This document shows positions 59,615 through 64,000 of a stretch of DNA of 64,000 nt, one piece after another. The position numbers and the translations under genes are program-made. Position 1 is the stretch's first letter. The number at the start of each line of letters is the position of its first letter. The notes under the pieces were generated by a model that saw nothing but the letters and a program-made list of their open reading frames with translations, ran no database searches and was not told the DNA's origin. This DNA is from Eledone cirrhosa (Eukaryota), in contig OZ024740.1 in assembly GCA_964016885.1 (NCBI GenBank), forward strand, positions 179,304,001-179,368,000. The letters run 5' to 3'.

Positions 59615-61945
59615 TGTAAATATAAATAACAACAAAATAACAAGAAAAATATAATAATGAAAATTCCCCAATAGGTGTGTGTGTGGGGGGGGGGGCACCC
59701 AGTGTTGACTCAGGTACCCCACCAATCCTGAACCACACAACGCTTCGAAGGCACGCCGGAATTGAACTCCTCTCCTCCTTAAATTAACAAGACTGCAGGC
59801 GCATGCTGAGAGTAGGCCCACTCACACGAGCCATTCTTGCCACATTCACCCACTTTTTACCAAATTTACTGGGGGGCAGCACATCTCTCTCCGCCTTTAA
59901 CTTCCTTTCCGAGTGAAACTTGAAAAGGTTGATGAGGGATTGGCCGAAGAGAAAAAATGTCAGTCTTCAGTTATTTCAACCTGGTCCGCCACACAACCTC
60001 TTTCGCTTCCGCCAGAAGACAGAAGAACATTTCCTGTCCTTCCCGGCCAAAATAAAGCGGTGGGTCGATCTTCACCATGCACTCGGCCGAAAGCAGGATC
60101 CGTTCTACAAGCGACAATGGCTGTTTGACATAACTCCGCAAGTCAGTAATGCACAGACATTGGACGAGTACATGCAGAACAGTTTCGTTGTTCTGCGCGC
60201 ATTTCGGACAGGTCCGTCTGACAGCACTTCCGTGCCTGTAGAGATTGTTTCGAACCGGCAGTGCCCCCGTTAACACTGCTAAGCGAGAGATTTCTGGAAG
60301 TTATCCTTCATCCTCGGCTCGAAAGTCTTTCGTAACAGACTGTATAGTCGTCGCGATTTCCAACCATTAATCCTCTGTAGAACTCGAGAGTGGAAGTTGC
60401 ACTGACCACATTGCCCGTCAGGTAGAGGGCAGTGAGTGCCTGGCAACATTCAAGATGCCAGGCACCCAGTCTCAGTCTCTTCTTGACCCAGGATTGCAGC
60501 TCATTGAATGAAATGAGCTGCGGAAAGGCCCATCTGACAAACGGCAACCACACCAGTTCATCGTTTGGGCAGTATAAATGGAGATGCCGCAGCTTCAGCT
60601 CATGTTTGTGCACCATTAGCCACGGCATGTCCAGCTTCACCAACGGAACCTGTCAACTTCACAAGAAGTTGAAGAGGAGCTGCTCCAATTAGCCAATGGT
60701 CCGACGGAGGCAAAGAGTGGTACGATGGTTTGGTGGTAGTAGATGACATACGCGAGGTACGCGTTCCCCGCCTATACCCGACCTTTGAAGAACAGCTTCC
60801 TGTCGGCCCATTTCTGGGTGAGGGAGGCTACTCAGATCATAACCTGATCCCAATTCTTATTCAACTGGAGTTCTGGTCCGAACCAAACACCGAGCAACTT
60901 TACCAGTTCGTCCACCCAGCAACCAATTACGCTGTCGGATGTCATGGAATTGCCTCTCCAGGTCCTGAGCTGCAAGATCCCCGACTTTCCGGTATTAGTT
61001 TTGCTCCCGTAAAACTTTCATATTCCCCCAAGAAGGTGCCCAACACCTCGGTATCTGAAGTGTTCGACGCCATCACTGTGATGTTGTCCGCATATGCCAA
61101 CACAGCTTTTCCATATCTAGATTCGAGCGGGATGCCCTCCAACAGATCCAGCTTTCGCACAAAAGGCTCGAGAGTCTATACGTACAGAAGGGAGGAGAGA
61201 AGACACCTTTGCGGGACCGATCGGGAGATCTAAAGCGATTCTGAAAGGTGGCCATTAACTTTGACTACTTAGCAGACGCCGATGTGCAATGCTACTATCC
61301 AGCCTCTGAAGACGGAATCGAAGGCAGCCTCTAAGTATTGGTGTTCGACTCTTTCGAAAGCTTTCGATTGATCTAAATTGATCAGAGCCGCATTGGAGCC
61401 AGCTTTCTACTCTACCCTCACTATAATGTATCGCATGAGGTGATGGTAGTAGTGCATGGACCTGTTTGGGATTGCGCAAGTTTGCGCTTCCTATACTAAA
61501 TCCTCGACAACAAGTGCTAACCTCTCCCTTAACACCTTGGCCAAAGTCTTTAGCATAGTGTTTAGAAGAGTTATGGGTCTAAGGTTGTCTAACGTATCAT
61601 TCTTGGTCTCGTCCTTCCTTATGAGCGTCACTATGCCCCGTCACACAGAACTGGAAATGCTCCTGTTTTGCTGCCAGTTGCAGTAGAACAGTTCGAGGAG
61701 ATCGGATAACAAGTTTGACATATCTACGTAAAGCCCGTAGAGCAGGCCCTCCAAACCGTGTGACCTGCACCTCATGCAGTCAACTAGGGCATTCCAAATC
61801 ACAGCTGAAGGACGAAATGTTTCTACAAAGGGTTGGAGGTGCCTAAATAAATCTGACCGTCAGGCTCTGCTCGGAGTGTAGACGTTCACCAGTCTAAAAG
61901 CAACTCCTTCGCTATTGATCACGTCCAGGACCACCAACGTTCCAC
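59615..61945 (-). mobile_element. Tx1/L1-like LINE, internally deleted and frameshifted
   Basis: APE-like LVVLDV..FRLVNVY; RT RPITLLNT.LK.LAKVL, LINLDQSKAFERVEH, AYADNITV; C-terminal CPKC...ETVLHVLVQC. Confidence 0.85.
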
Positions 61946-63496
61946 CCGGTAATATCAGCTTTGTAAACCTGTGATATTTGGGAAAGATTTAACACACTAT
62001 TACCTTCACCATCTTTGTGATCATCCAGATTTTTTTCCATTGTTGAATATCATCAGATATTTGCCTTTTGTCAAAACTGATCATCATGGTGCAGTACGTA
62101 TGTGGTTATAGTGCAAGGAGACCCACTGTAAATTCCTGCATTCAAATTTTGCTACAATTGACTACAATTGTCCTATTATAGTAATGTGCACATATCTGCC
62201 TCCTTCAGCTTCATTGATAAAATAGTTATTAATTTGCTGTAGTAAGTCTATTCTGTTATAAATAATAACACAATTTCCCCCACAATGAGGGCAAAACAAA
62301 ACAATAATAGTTATAAATGGGCAAATATGAAGTTAGAATTTAATATTTTTCTTTAATTGTCAAATTAAAACTTTCTAAAATCATAATTAAAATAAAGGGC
62401 CGGAGAAAGGAATTACCAGAAAAGTGTTGTGAAAATGATGTCTCACCAACGTAAATAATCAACAAGGGTTTTTATTCATGTCCGGTTTTGATCGTTTACA
62501 ATTTTCAAGTACTATCAACATTAATATATTATTTTCACAATCGGGATGATTCCGCAAGTGCATATAAAATCATTTTAGGCCAAACCCCAAAGAAATCTTT
62601 CAAGCGTATTAGCAAATACTTCATCGATATCTAAAACAACCCATACTTTGTTTTTTCTATTAAATATATAACAAGTTCTGACTCGTTGATCAAATAACCG
62701 ACGGTTTTCCCACTTGTCTTCCAACAGTTTCTACCGTGTTTCTCCGTCAATCTATACACCTCTCTCACTCTTTAAAACTCGAAATTGGAAATTCTTTCAT
62801 GTTATTTATGCAGATATAAATATCCATATTACCTAGATAGATTTCACCAATAAGCAGAGGCATGTGATGGCCATGCGATAAATCAACTTATTTCAAAATA
62901 TTTTTATTTAAAAAAGAAATCAAACAAAGTATTGTCATTTTTCAATAAGTAGCCTTCAAACATATCACTCTCTCCTCTGTCAGAATGCTGCTCTCTGCAT
63001 TGCAATTGTAAGACATGATAAATATGTTACAAGCGAGATGCATATACACTCATATCCACACACACATCAACACATAAAAGTGAACGGGACACAGGCAATC
63101 ACATGATGAAATAAATACACTTAAGCAGAAACAACAAATATAAGTTGGCATCATGTCAAATTGATAGGAAAATGGCACTGAGAAAAAACTAAACGTCTTA
63201 GAGTGACAGCCATTTGAATAAATATGTCCACATATACCTGAATATTGACATGTATTTTTATCTACATTACTATTATGATATTTTATCATGAATATTTTTG
63301 ATTGACAGAAATGTTGGTGAATCGCACAAAAGCCTTAAGGTATATGACCGGCTTTTTATGCTTTGAGTCCCATTGACGCTGAGGTCAAATTTACTTTACA
63401 GAGGCGAAAAAAACAAGATACCCGTCTAGTGCTGTGTCGATATAATAGATTTTACCATCCTTGTACCGAAATTATTAATATTATTGTTATTATTTT

Positions 63497-63810
63497 GGAT
63501 TGGCAGTATCGGCAGAGCGTCAGATACCATGCAGCATAGAGTTACAGCCTATTACGATCTGAGTTCAAATCCCGCCTAGGCTAACGTTGCCTTTCATCCT
63601 TACGGGGTCGATAAAATAAAGTACCAGTAACACACTAGGGTCGATTTAATCGACTTTCCCCTTCCCCCAAATTGTTGGCCTTGTGTCTAAATGAGAAAAC
63701 ATCATTCCGCTGAGGTTGACTTTGCCTTTCATCCTTACGGGGTCGATAAAATAAAGTACCAGTAATGCACTGGGTAATTGCTGGCCTTGTGCCTAAAGTA
63801 GAAACAATTA
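63497..63810 (+). mobile_element. SINE family A, full copy plus tandem partial copy
   Basis: 63497-63700 and 63705-63810 both contain the GCCTTTCATCCTTACGGGGTCG core. Confidence 0.85.
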
Positions 63811-64000
63811 TTATTAATATTATTATAATTATTATGATTATGAACAGAGTTGTAACACTAAATCCATAGAATATGAAGCTGAACGTACACCTGTTGACAC
63901 CGATAACAAAGCTCAGTAAAAAATATGTGGGTATGGTGCACAAAAGATTTAAACAGAAGTTTAATTCGCATGCACCACTCTCTTGATGACGACATCGTGA

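Overview
AT-rich, microsatellite-dense eukaryotic (animal) non-coding DNA; the SINE types and repeat landscape look like an octopus or other coleoid cephalopod (inference). No host gene can be called securely, and almost all entries in the ORF track are translations of (TA)n, (CA)n or (TATG)n tracts. The real content is mobile elements: many tRNA-derived SINEs, decayed LINEs (RTE, Tx1/L1-like, CR1-group, CRE-like, R4/Dong-like), two Helitron-like 3' ends, and above all many Penelope-like element (PLE) remnants. These include one RT plus GIY-YIG copy at 51.0-53.4 kb and GIY-YIG copies at 49.7-50.5 and 55.3-56.3 kb. The main hidden signal is about 25 type-I hammerhead ribozyme (HHR) motifs of at least a dozen sequence families (about 12 intact or nearly so, read by eye). 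They sit in short fold-back (inverted-repeat) cassettes inserted into (TA)n tracts. At several (TA)n tracts the neighbouring DNA has been copied in inverted orientation across the tract and joined to a PLE piece, and one 39-bp terminus is repeated three times with a TA run after each copy. This suggests a TA-hairpin self-priming and template-switching integration mechanism (inference). All coordinates and pairings were read manually and may be off by a few bases.
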